Origin: a virus
Strand: one strand, 5' to 3'
Length of the DNA: 64,000 nt
Virus record (IMG/VR): IMGVR_UViG_3300023176_006361
Coordinates: 12,812 to 76,811 of that record
In this document: positions 48,091-55,467 of the stretch, piece after piece
How positions within the stretch are numbered: the first letter of the stretch is position 1
How the letters are laid out: each line of letters opens with the position of its first letter
The notes under the pieces: generated by a model
Seen by the model: only the letters and a program-made list of their open reading frames with translations
What the model was told of the DNA's origin: nothing
The model's database searches: none
Program-made: the position numbers and the translations under genes

Positions 48091-50469
48091 TCAACCCTCT
48101 CTGCTGATATCGAAGGAGTTACAGAAGTCTCCATTTGGAGGAGACTGTGTTCCAGAAGAAGTGCCATTAGATGCCCAACCATAAGGAGAAGGTGATCTAT
48201 ATGTACCAGGGATGTACTTGAATGCTCCAATTGTTGCTGTACCATCACCTGCAATGACAGAACTGTTTCCATCATAAATGACATTACCTGCCCAAAGTAT
48301 AACAAGTTGACGTACACCTGATGTTGGTGTGCTCTCTGGTCCACCAGATCTTGTATACCAACCATAATCGGGTCTATTGGACATAAGAACTGGATATTCT
48401 GCAATACCTCCTTGTGCAGTATATGGTCCTTCGATTGCAGACTCAATAACAATTCTAGAGTTTGGATTACCACCAGATCCTTGGTTATCATCCTGATTGT
48501 CAGATGAGACTCCAGTGACGCCAGAAACAATAGTGGAGTGAATATAACCTGATCCACCGCCACCACCAGATGCATTACGGGTGGAGTTACCATTATCGTT
48601 ACCGCCGCCGCCTCCGCCGCCGCCGTACCATCCACCACCACCGCCTCCGCCGCCTCCAGCGTTGGGGTATCCATTCTGCTGACCATCGCCGCCACGACCA
48701 CCTTGTAGTCCACTACCAGCACTACCGCCAGCACCACCACCATTACCACCAGAGGACTGAGTACCAGCACCACCTCCAGTAGATCCGATTTGGGTATCAC
48801 TGGAAGATGTACCTCCACTGCCACTCTGACCGCCTCCAGTGCCGCCAGGAGACGACCCATGACCAAATCCAGTACCACCAGCACCACCAGCGATCATAAG
48901 GGCATTAGACTGCGATGCAGAGGTTCCTGTGAAAAGACCTGCATATCCACCACCCCTACTGTTACTGACCCATCCATATGATGTACCAGCATCACCACCA
49001 CCAGTATCAACTTGTGCTAGGTAATTTTGGTTTTGTACAAAGTTATAAGATCCTGTTGAATAACCTGCTCTGATACCATTTCTACCTTCTCCCCACATCC
49101 AAATACGACGACTCTGATCCTGATAAGGAATCAAAGTAAAGTCTCTTGTACTGAAATTATGAGCATCAATGATCAATGGACCATGTACAGCAAAGATCCA
49201 GTTGTTGACAGTTTCGTTCGTAAGTCCTGATGTGATGGCAGGAGAAACATACATGTCATAATCATAAGTAATGATTGTTGCAATCTCAGAGAATACAGGA
49301 GCAGCAGCATTGACATTAGTAACCTTACAACGATAAGAGTCACCACTGTCTGTTGCTGAATTCAATGCTGCTGTTGTATATGTCGCAGAATTAGCGCCAG
49401 AAACATCATTGAAGATCTGTTCATTCAATTCTCGCTTCTGCCACTGGTAAACTAACGTACCAGGAACATCCAACGTTGCTGTGACATTGAATGTTGCTAT
49501 GGATCCATTGACACCTGTAACGTCATTAGGATTGACTGTAATCGTGATGTTTGCAGGTGTGACAGTCAGAGTTGCTGAATTTGATATTTTTTCTTGATTG
49601 TATATTGAACTAATCTTACAACGGAATACTCTACCGTCATCATCAACATAAGATGTGTTTGCAATCACCAGAGACGTTCCTGTCTCTCCTGGCATATCTA
49701 CAAACGTGTTGAACTGGTTTCTTTCTTGCCACTGATAAGAAATTGCTGATCCATCACTAATTGTTGCTACTACATTGAATGTAGCAGTATTTGTTGCCTG
49801 AACTGTAACATCATCAGGATTTGCCGTTGCAGGATTGAACTCCATGACTGCCCATGTGCCAATCTCAGTATCAAAACGTAGTTCTTTACTCCAATCAGTA
49901 GATATACATTCTGTCAATGTAAATACAAACTTACCACTATGCTTTGGTGCTTTTGTAACTGTAAATGTTCTTGCATTCAAATCTACAGTTCTGACCAATA
50001 CATCATTATCAAATGCTGCACCACCCACAAACCCTTTGAGAGTTCGTAGATAGTCAATTCTCATGCCTGGTTCAATATCAAAGATTAGTTCTCTGCCATA
50101 TGTAAGAACATCACCCGTTACAGGATCTTGATAACCTAAGAGATTAACGGTTGTAGAACCACGATTGATAATTGCAACAATTTCAATTTTCCTCGCATTT
50201 GGTGCATCAACATTTGTGTGATACTTCGCATGGACCCAATATTCTTTGTTTTGCTCCAGAACATCCTCTACATTGAAAGAGAGCTTCTTGCGATGCTCCA
50301 CACTTACGTCCTGATAATAAACAACATCAGGAGGATTATTATTCCTCCCAAACATAAAAGTCTTTGAGATCTCCCAAGAGGTCGCTATATGATTCTTCTC
50401 AGTAACTCCCTCAAGTTCAGTGATCTGCAGATCGCTTGGGAGGTTGAACTTATATGGCGTCTTCGACAT
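48091..50469 (-). CDS. Virion protein with FN3-like, two Ig-like and glycine-rich domains
   Basis: Start reassigned to MSKTPYKF at 50469 (TAATG overlap with the PAAR stop); YQWQ..FRCKI Ig repeats; IAGGAGG...GGGGGGWYGGGGGG...GGGGSGY glycine-rich domain. Confidence 0.8.
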   Translation of the reverse strand: MSKTPYKFNLPSDLQITELEGVTEKNHIATSWEISKTFMFGRNNNPPDVVYYQDVSVEHRKKLSFNVEDVLEQNKEYWVHAKYHTNVDAPNARKIEIVAIINRGSTTVNLLGYQDPVTGDVLTYGRELIFDIEPGMRIDYLRTLKGFVGGAAFDNDVLVRTVDLNARTFTVTKAPKHSGKFVFTLTECISTDWSKELRFDTEIGTWAVMEFNPATANPDDVTVQATNTATFNVVATISDGSAISYQWQERNQFNTFVDMPGETGTSLVIANTSYVDDDGRVFRCKISSIYNQEKISNSATLTVTPANITITVNPNDVTGVNGSIATFNVTATLDVPGTLVYQWQKRELNEQIFNDVSGANSATYTTAALNSATDSGDSYRCKVTNVNAAAPVFSEIATIITYDYDMYVSPAITSGLTNETVNNWIFAVHGPLIIDAHNFSTRDFTLIPYQDQSRRIWMWGEGRNGIRAGYSTGSYNFVQNQNYLAQVDTGGGDAGTSYGWVSNSRGGGYAGLFTGTSASQSNALMIAGGAGGTGFGHGSSPGGTGGGQSGSGGTSSSDTQIGSTGGGAGTQSSGGNGGGAGGSAGSGLQGGRGGDGQQNGYPNAGGGGGGGGGWYGGGGGGGGNDNGNSTRNASGGGGGSGYIHSTIVSGVTGVSSDNQDDNQGSGGNPNSRIVIESAIEGPYTAQGGIAEYPVLMSNRPDYGWYTRSGGPESTPTSGVRQLVILWAGNVIYDGNSSVIAGDGTATIGAFKYIPGTYRSPSPYGWASNGTSSGTQSPPNGDFCNSFDISREG

Positions 50470-50810
50470 TATCCAATTTCTAATGCAGGTGCTGCAGGTG
50501 CTGAAGTAAATACTGGTGCTCCACCCGCAAAACAATTAGGGGATCCCTTGGCTACTGCGGTACATGTAGCATCACTCACACGCCCACCACCAACACCATT
50601 GACAATGACTGTCCGTGATCCGATAGTAATCGGTGCAGCATGTGTCGGACAGGGACTGCCAGGAAGTAGGTGAGCAGTATTATTATCACCCTGTCTACTC
50701 CATGGTATATTATTGATAAACACATCAGCTGATCCCTTTGCTCTGACCATGCCAGAACAATGAGGAACATCTGCGTCTCCAATTCTAGTAATTGGCATTG
50801 ATGCTGCCAT
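50469..50810 (-). CDS. PAAR spike-tip protein (T4 gp5.4-like) with C-terminal extension
   Basis: 113 aa; ITRIGD..H..GSADVFINN..SRQGD..H..H..GSRTVIVNG..RVSD.TC..KGSPNCFAGG. Confidence 0.9.
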   Translation of the reverse strand: MAASMPITRIGDADVPHCSGMVRAKGSADVFINNIPWSRQGDNNTAHLLPGSPCPTHAAPITIGSRTVIVNGVGGGRVSDATCTAVAKGSPNCFAGGAPVFTSAPAAPALEIG

Positions 50811-51637
50811 TATCCCTCCTTGATTTCAAATGGGTCGTATCCTTCTCTACCACGCCCTCTATCATATTTAGTTTGCATCGCTACAGGATCAGATTGCTTC
50901 TGTACTAATGTTTGACATAATGTAGGATTCCTTAGAGGATTATTCTCTACCTTATGTGTCAATGTATGGGTCTCTACAACAGGTACACCATCTAATACTA
51001 AGTTTACAACAATCGTATATGTCAATGTCACAAACTGTGTGGGATCAGGACGATACTCTGTAAGATGATCATAATGTCCACCATCTGGTAACTTCGGTGG
51101 AAAATCAGGAGATAACAACATATCAGTCAAACCATCCTCGTTTGGTGATGTGTTTTGCTCTAATTTCTTCTGCTGATCTTCTCCATATGCATTGTCCTGT
51201 AACCATTGCATACGATCACATGGGAAAAGAATCTTTGTATATGCACCACTAAACGTGCCAGTCAAAGTCGTAATCCCTGGTCCTCCTGTCATCACTGGAT
51301 ACGTTACACCAGAAATAGTCTCCTTCGCAAATTCTCCAGTTACTGCTGAAGTTACAGTGTCTGTACCACTCGGAATCTCCATCGGTGCTGCAAGATATTT
51401 CAAAGAAATACTTGTCCATGGACTACAATCTGATGGTTGTCCTGTTCCTGGTGTCCTTGTTACAGTCTGGACATTATCACTGACTTGTACTCTCCAACTC
51501 GCAATATAATCATCGAGTGCATTCAAGTTTGTTCCAGGTGGATATGGTGATACCAGAGAAACTGTCAGCGTGTCTGTCCAGTCATCTAACATCCTCACCA
51601 TCATGAGTTCTGTCTTGTCTAATACTGATGCTACCAT
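50810..51637 (-). CDS. Hypothetical protein (probably baseplate-hub associated)
   Basis: 275 aa, coupled to PAAR by TAATG. Confidence 0.65.
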   Translation of the reverse strand: MVASVLDKTELMMVRMLDDWTDTLTVSLVSPYPPGTNLNALDDYIASWRVQVSDNVQTVTRTPGTGQPSDCSPWTSISLKYLAAPMEIPSGTDTVTSAVTGEFAKETISGVTYPVMTGGPGITTLTGTFSGAYTKILFPCDRMQWLQDNAYGEDQQKKLEQNTSPNEDGLTDMLLSPDFPPKLPDGGHYDHLTEYRPDPTQFVTLTYTIVVNLVLDGVPVVETHTLTHKVENNPLRNPTLCQTLVQKQSDPVAMQTKYDRGRGREGYDPFEIKEG

Positions 51638-51640
51638 GTC

Positions 51641-51832
51641 TTACAGTGGTTGGGTGAGAAAACGTCTTTTGCCACTCTCTTCGATAAGCTCAACGTGAAT
51701 TGTGTCGGGGTCTGGACTTCCTGTCTCATGGAACTGATCTGCCATATCAGCAAGAATATCCAACATCTCCTCCTCGGAGACCTCTTTGTAAATCTTTCTG
51801 TCCCGACAATAAATGTCGTATTTGTCCTTCAT
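51641..51832 (-). CDS. Conserved cyanophage small protein
   Basis: 63 aa; KYDIYC..KIYKEVSEEEMLDILADMADQFHETGSP. Confidence 0.7.
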   Translation of the reverse strand: MKDKYDIYCRDRKIYKEVSEEEMLDILADMADQFHETGSPDPDTIHVELIEESGKRRFLTQPL

Positions 51833-51857
51833 AGTCTTTTGAGCGACCTTAGTATCT

Positions 51858-51866
51858 ATTATACCA
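51858..51866 (-). promoter_or_regulatory. Extended -10 promoter TGGTATAAT
   Basis: 25 nt upstream of the 51832 start, preceded by an A/T tract. Confidence 0.55.
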
Positions 51867-52047
51867 CGGAAAAATTTTTTTATATAGGGGGACCCTGAAT
51901 AAAACTTTGAGTTTCGATAGGACTCGCGTTTTCAAAGTTTTGTAGGTTAGAGGGACCCATTGTTTTTATATCCGCGCTATTTAACATTTAAGGGGCATAC
52001 ATTCAACACTGTCATAACACGAAATCTAAAAGTAAAAAAAAGGCAGA

Positions 52048-52545
52048 TCAGAAATCTGCCAAATCACGAAACCATTGTTCACCCTTACTACCTTGCAACC
52101 AATATAACTCTTGCCCTCCATCTTTGCCAGCATGTTGACGCTTACTGTCCTGACCTAAGACATACTCACGAAGGTCATCTTTAGTCGCCCACCATACACT
52201 TATGTCGTTGGGGTTGATGCCTACAAAGATGATACGATCGTAGTCTTGATCACGAATTTGTTGCCAGGTAAAATTGTTAAGTTCTTCGTTCCACGTAGTA
52301 GATACTTTGATCTCAGTTTTGTGGTTGGAGATGATACGATCGTGATCAGAATTCTCAGGACGTGTAACTTTATGTCCCAGAGTTTCCATCAGTTGCTGGA
52401 CAAGTTTTTCGCCCTGGGCACCCTTACTCTTAGGGGAGGGGATATTACGAAAGGACTGAAATTTGCTGCCTTCCCAGATGCTTTGCTTGCTGCTTTCCCA
52501 CTTCTCATAAATGGGCAGAGATTCAACGGTGGAGGTGTAATCCAT
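52048..52545 (-). CDS. PD-(D/E)xK restriction-like endonuclease
   Basis: 165 aa; KGAQGEKLV...SDHDRII...TEIKVS...FTWQQIRDQDYDRIIFVGINP. Confidence 0.65.
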   Translation of the reverse strand: MDYTSTVESLPIYEKWESSKQSIWEGSKFQSFRNIPSPKSKGAQGEKLVQQLMETLGHKVTRPENSDHDRIISNHKTEIKVSTTWNEELNNFTWQQIRDQDYDRIIFVGINPNDISVWWATKDDLREYVLGQDSKRQHAGKDGGQELYWLQGSKGEQWFRDLADF

Positions 52546-52584
52546 GTTTCGTTAGGTTAGGTGAAACGTTAGAGACGAAAGTGA

Positions 52585-52908
52585 TCAGGCAAAGATGTAA
52601 CCGTTGGCGAATTCACGCTCAACTTTGTTATCCATCACGTACCAAACAAAATCACGCTGATAGACACCATCGGTCACAGCATTGCAGAAACGATTGATAA
52701 GTGCATTGAGGCGTGATTTGGTCGTGTTGGATTGCCAACCGCCGTCAAAGATTTGCAGATAATCATCACCGATTTCTGCAATTTTGTTGCCGTGAAGATA
52801 GACTTCGGAGATCTCACGATCGGCGTCAAACGTAACAGCGGTGTTAGCAGACTGCCAGGAGCGGGACTCAGCGACGGCGGCGTTCATTTGCTGTTCGATC
52901 TTACGCAT
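52585..52908 (-). CDS. Conserved phage early hypothetical protein
   Basis: 107 aa; MRKIEQQM...NTAV...VYLHGNKIA...GGWQSNTTKSRLNAL. Confidence 0.8.
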   Translation of the reverse strand: MRKIEQQMNAAVAESRSWQSANTAVTFDADREISEVYLHGNKIAEIGDDYLQIFDGGWQSNTTKSRLNALINRFCNAVTDGVYQRDFVWYVMDNKVEREFANGYIFA

Positions 52909-52966
52909 GGGAAACGGTTAGAGGGTCGTTTGTTGTGTGGTGGGGTGCTGTCCCCTCCACTCCTAT

Positions 52967-53023
52967 AAGATACACGGGATTGGTGCCCTGTGCCAAAAAA
53001 GTGGACACCTTGCCGACCGTCAC
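52967..53023 (-). promoter_or_regulatory. Early promoter cassette a (palindrome plus -10 TATCTT)
   Basis: GTGACGGT-CGGCAA-GGTGTCCAC (53001-53023); -10 at 52967-52972. Confidence 0.75.
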
Positions 53024-53889
53024 ACGACTTCTTTACGCTTAGCGTTGTTGAAGTTAGCATTCGCAAAGACGGGACGATCTACCAACTTAAGCATCATCTC
53101 ATCATTGGAAATCACGAATCCTTCAGTGATATCAGACTTGGGACAATCGCGAACGATGAAGAACTCATTGAGAAGATCTTCTTTCATTTCAATCACCATC
53201 TGATACAGATTCACCAGATAAACATCACCCAACACGTCAAACAAGTTGCTATCAGTCAGGGGGATTTCTTCACGAATCATTGCATTGATTTTCTTCTTTG
53301 CTTCGGTTGCTTCCTTAGCAGTCATGAATTGCACCTTGTCGGTATCAATTACAGGACGGGGAGTTTCAATACTCCACCAATCAACAGTTGGGAAGACAAA
53401 CTTACAGTAACTGGTATCAGTGATGATATACTTCATCGGGGCAGCAATTGCATCCCGAAGATCATTCTCAGCAGTGTAAACTGTATGAGGTGCAATGATA
53501 ATTTCCTGGGAAATTACCTCAGAAAACTTGTAAGTGATCGTGTTGGGATTGTAAGTATCACTACCGCCAAAACCAATAAAGTCGCCTTGAATGATAGCAT
53601 CGACGCGAGGAAGATAATCAAAGCAAGCGTGAAGAATAGACGCAACTTCACCTTTATGGTTTTGGTCAATTTCTTCATGAGAGTGATTGATTTTGATCAG
53701 TTTTTTGTTGAAGACTGATTTCGTACCAACGAAGAAATCCCCAGTAGCAGGATCATTGCCCCAGACAATAGCAGGACTTCCATCAATTTTTACCGATGCA
53801 GAATTGAAATTGTAGAGACAATCAATGGCACGAAGATCGCCAGTCAGGATCAGATCTTCGGGGTGTTCGATGTGGAGGTTTTTTGTCAT
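53020..53889 (-). CDS. DUF6267-like protein with covalent nucleotidyltransferase (ligase-type) motifs
   Basis: 289 aa; KNLHIEHPED; SVKIDGSPAI (motif I), IQGDF (III), EGFVI (IV), LKLVDR (V). Confidence 0.7.
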   Translation of the reverse strand: MTKNLHIEHPEDLILTGDLRAIDCLYNFNSASVKIDGSPAIVWGNDPATGDFFVGTKSVFNKKLIKINHSHEEIDQNHKGEVASILHACFDYLPRVDAIIQGDFIGFGGSDTYNPNTITYKFSEVISQEIIIAPHTVYTAENDLRDAIAAPMKYIITDTSYCKFVFPTVDWWSIETPRPVIDTDKVQFMTAKEATEAKKKINAMIREEIPLTDSNLFDVLGDVYLVNLYQMVIEMKEDLLNEFFIVRDCPKSDITEGFVISNDEMMLKLVDRPVFANANFNNAKRKEVV

Positions 53890-53895
53890 GCTGTA

Positions 53896-53954
53896 AGTAT
53901 GGCAGAGATTGGGGCAGAAATCAAGTGGGGTTGTGACACTTATCCAACTGGTTG
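53896..53954 (-). promoter_or_regulatory. Early promoter cassette b (palindrome, TTGATT-17-CATACT, leaderless)
   Basis: CAACCAGT-TGGATA-AGTGTCAC (53933-53954); -35 at 53919-53924; -10 at 53896-53901; ATG 6 nt after the -10. Confidence 0.8.
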
Positions 53955-54095
53955 GGCAGCCGCCTCATTCTCTTCACTTTCCTGCAATTCTTCGATATCA
54001 TCGGGGATATCAAAGATTTCACCAGGCATGTCTTGAATTTCTTCCCACATAAGTTGATCGAAACGAAGGGCAATTGTACAGGGATCAGTATACAT
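53940..54095 (-). CDS. Small acidic protein (51 aa; not in ORF track)
   Basis: MYTDPCTIALRFDQLMWEEIQDMPGEIFDIPDDIEELQESEENEAAAQPVG; TGATG coupling with the upstream gene. Confidence 0.6.
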   Translation of the reverse strand: MYTDPCTIALRFDQLMWEEIQDMPGEIFDIPDDIEELQESEENEAAAQPVG

Positions 54096-54280
54096 CAAAA
54101 CAACATATCTGCGATGCCTTCAATCACATCACCATAATCGGCGTGAATGTTACCGAACGGGTCACGAATGTAAGCATAAGATCCACTTTCCTCATGCATG
54201 GCATAACATACATCAAAAGCACGATCTTCAGACTCAACATACTCACCTTCACCAAGTTTGGGGCAAGCGACGTAGAACAT
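54095..54280 (-). CDS. Hypothetical early protein
   Basis: Start reassigned to MFYVACPK, downstream of cassette c. Confidence 0.65.
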   Translation of the reverse strand: MFYVACPKLGEGEYVESEDRAFDVCYAMHEESGSYAYIRDPFGNIHADYGDVIEGIADMLF

Positions 54281-54308
54281 TGAACGAACCTTTTTTGAAC
54301 TTGAAACT

Positions 54309-54365
54309 ACAATACACGATCTGGGGGGCAATGGGGAGAATGGTGGACACTCTGCCAACTGACCC
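54309..54365 (-). promoter_or_regulatory. Early promoter cassette c
   Basis: GGGTCAGT-TGGCAG-AGTGTCCAC (54343-54365); -10 TATTGT at 54309-54314. Confidence 0.75.
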
Positions 54366-54402
54366 CAGGCGGCCGACCAGTTTGTGTTAAGAACTCACGA
54401 AG

Positions 54403-54603
54403 TCAGTTAGTCTCACTTTCTTCCAGCAATTCAGGATAATACTCTTCAACTTCCTGAATCAACTCATTGACACTATACTTATCCAGATGATCGTTCAGGT
54501 TATCATACACGAACGCATACATGGTTTTGTGATCCATTCCATCGATGATTGATTCGATGTAATTATCCTGCAGAGAATCACGATCAATGATACGATCTGC
54601 CAT
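54403..54603 (-). CDS. Conserved cyanophage early hypothetical protein
   Basis: 66 aa; IDRDSLQDNYIESIIDGMD...EVEEYYPELL; SD AAAGGAG. Confidence 0.8.
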   Translation of the reverse strand: MADRIIDRDSLQDNYIESIIDGMDHKTMYAFVYDNLNDHLDKYSVNELIQEVEEYYPELLEESETN

Positions 54604-54628
54604 GAATGAACTCCTTTGATTTGATACA

Positions 54629-54686
54629 ATAATACCCCACTAGGAGCGCCTGTGGGGTACTTGTGTGCCACTTTAGGTAGTGTCAC
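54629..54686 (-). promoter_or_regulatory. Early promoter cassette d with internal stem-loop
   Basis: GTGACACT-ACCTAA-AGTGGCAC (54665-54686); TACCCCAC...GTGGGGTA inverted repeat in the spacer; -10 TATTAT at 54629-54634. Confidence 0.8.
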
Positions 54687-54892
54687 CCTCTAAGTTGACT
54701 ATTTGCCTCTTTTAGGGCATTATATAAATCTTCTTCATCTTTGAAAGATTCGATATCAACTTCTCTTTCATATTCTGGATCTTCAGAAATACCTTGAGCA
54801 CCAATTGGTACAGACTTTAGAATATCATCTTCAAGATAAATTGCAAGATTCCAATCAGGAATCAAGTGATAATTTCTTTCCATTTGTGTCAT
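54683..54892 (-). CDS. Hypothetical protein
   Basis: 69 aa; preceded by GATAAATA at 54914-54921. Confidence 0.6.
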   Translation of the reverse strand: MTQMERNYHLIPDWNLAIYLEDDILKSVPIGAQGISEDPEYEREVDIESFKDEEDLYNALKEANSQLRG

Positions 54893-54913
54893 TAGTAATG
54901 TACATGTAACATA

Positions 54914-54921
54914 TATTTATC
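54914..54921 (-). promoter_or_regulatory. Late-type promoter GATAAATA
   Basis: 21 nt upstream of the 54892 start. Confidence 0.5.
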
Positions 54922-55000
54922 ATGCATATGTGGTGTGGGTAGGGGTGAGTGGGGTGCAGCACACATACACATGCGTTCTTGCACACATATGCTCACACAC

Positions 55001-55029
55001 ATTATACACGAATCTCGTACATATGTCTA
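55001..55029 (-). promoter_or_regulatory. sigma70-like promoter TAGACA-17-TATAAT
   Basis: -35 at 55024-55029, -10 at 55001-55006; imperfect direct repeat of 55173-55201. Confidence 0.65.
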
Positions 55030-55075
55030 GTGCATACATATACATCTAGATGTACGTACATAATATGTGTGTATA

Positions 55076-55263
55076 TCTAGACTAGATTATAGAGATCTAG
55101 TTATGATCTAGTAGAGTCTAGTAGAGATTATAGACGCACATATCTAGACTAGATTATGAGTCTAGTAGAGATATTATAGATGAATCTCGACTATATGTCA
55201 AGTATAGACTAGATTATATGTGCGAATCTAGACTAGAAATTTATGGAGGGTCTCGACTAGATT
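55076..55263. repeat. Cluster of about nine TCTMKACTAGA iteron-like repeats in both orientations
   Basis: Forward copies at 55076, 55143, 55185 (degenerate), 55203, 55227, 55251; reverse copies (TCTAGTAGAG) at 55107, 55117, 55161. Confidence 0.8.
55173..55201 (-). promoter_or_regulatory. Perfect sigma70 promoter TTGACA-17-TATAAT
   Basis: -35 at 55196-55201, -10 at 55173-55178; points into non-coding DNA. Confidence 0.8.
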
Positions 55264-55274
55264 TTGGGGGGGTG

Positions 55275-55303
55275 TTGACAAAACCGCCGAGATCTGATAG
55301 ACT
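55275..55303 (+). promoter_or_regulatory. sigma70 promoter TTGACA-17-TAGACT (extended TG)
   Basis: Upstream of the only plus-strand operon. Confidence 0.75.
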
Positions 55304-55330
55304 GCACGCTAAGATGACTACAAGGGAGCA

Positions 55331-55370
55331 CATAAACCAACATAAACTCACATAAACTCATATAAGAATA
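55331..55370 (+). repeat. Four tandem 10-bp repeats (CATAAACTCA-like)
   Basis: cataaaccaa cataaactca cataaactca tataagaata. Confidence 0.7.
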
Positions 55371-55371
55371 C

Positions 55372-55414
55372 TTTTCCACAGTTTCCACAAGTTTTTCAAC
55401 AGGGTTGTGGAAAA
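55372..55414. promoter_or_regulatory. Four cyanobacterial-type DnaA-box-like 9-mers
   Basis: TTTTCCACA 55372-55380, GTTTCCACA 55381-55389, TTTTCAACA 55393-55401, reverse TGTGGAAAA 55406-55414. Confidence 0.65.
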
Positions 55415-55467
55415 CTATAAACAACACAAACCTATTTTTTTATACATTTACAAAAAGTCCGCATCTC

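Larger units (their letters stand above)
54893..55467. other. Putative origin of replication / control region
   Basis: Largest non-coding gap; site of divergent transcription; contains repeats, promoters and DnaA-box-like 9-mers listed separately. Confidence 0.55.

Noticed and set aside
48042-48887. 281-aa Val/Ala-rich ORF on the minus strand
   Set aside because: Alternative frame of the GGN-rich glycine domain in 48091..50469; openness follows from codon composition.
1844-51509. Many 60-170 aa ORFs nested in or antisense to the large structural genes
   Set aside because: Low-complexity shadows of long reading frames; no independent signals.
52990-53718. 242-aa plus-strand ORF
   Set aside because: Antisense shadow of the ligase-like gene; no motifs or RBS.
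55076-55263. Possible mini-CRISPR array
   Set aside because: Repeats are only 11-13 bp, in both orientations, with irregular spacing, and no cas genes are present.
55405-55467. Track start (GTG 55405) of the nuclease ORF
   Set aside because: Falls in a DnaA-box-like 9-mer with no RBS; ATG 55468 or later is more plausible. Over-extended starts were also trimmed for ORFs listed as beginning at 50535, 54358, 56805, 57387, 58394, 58951, 59373, 59959, 61295, 62272 and 63082.
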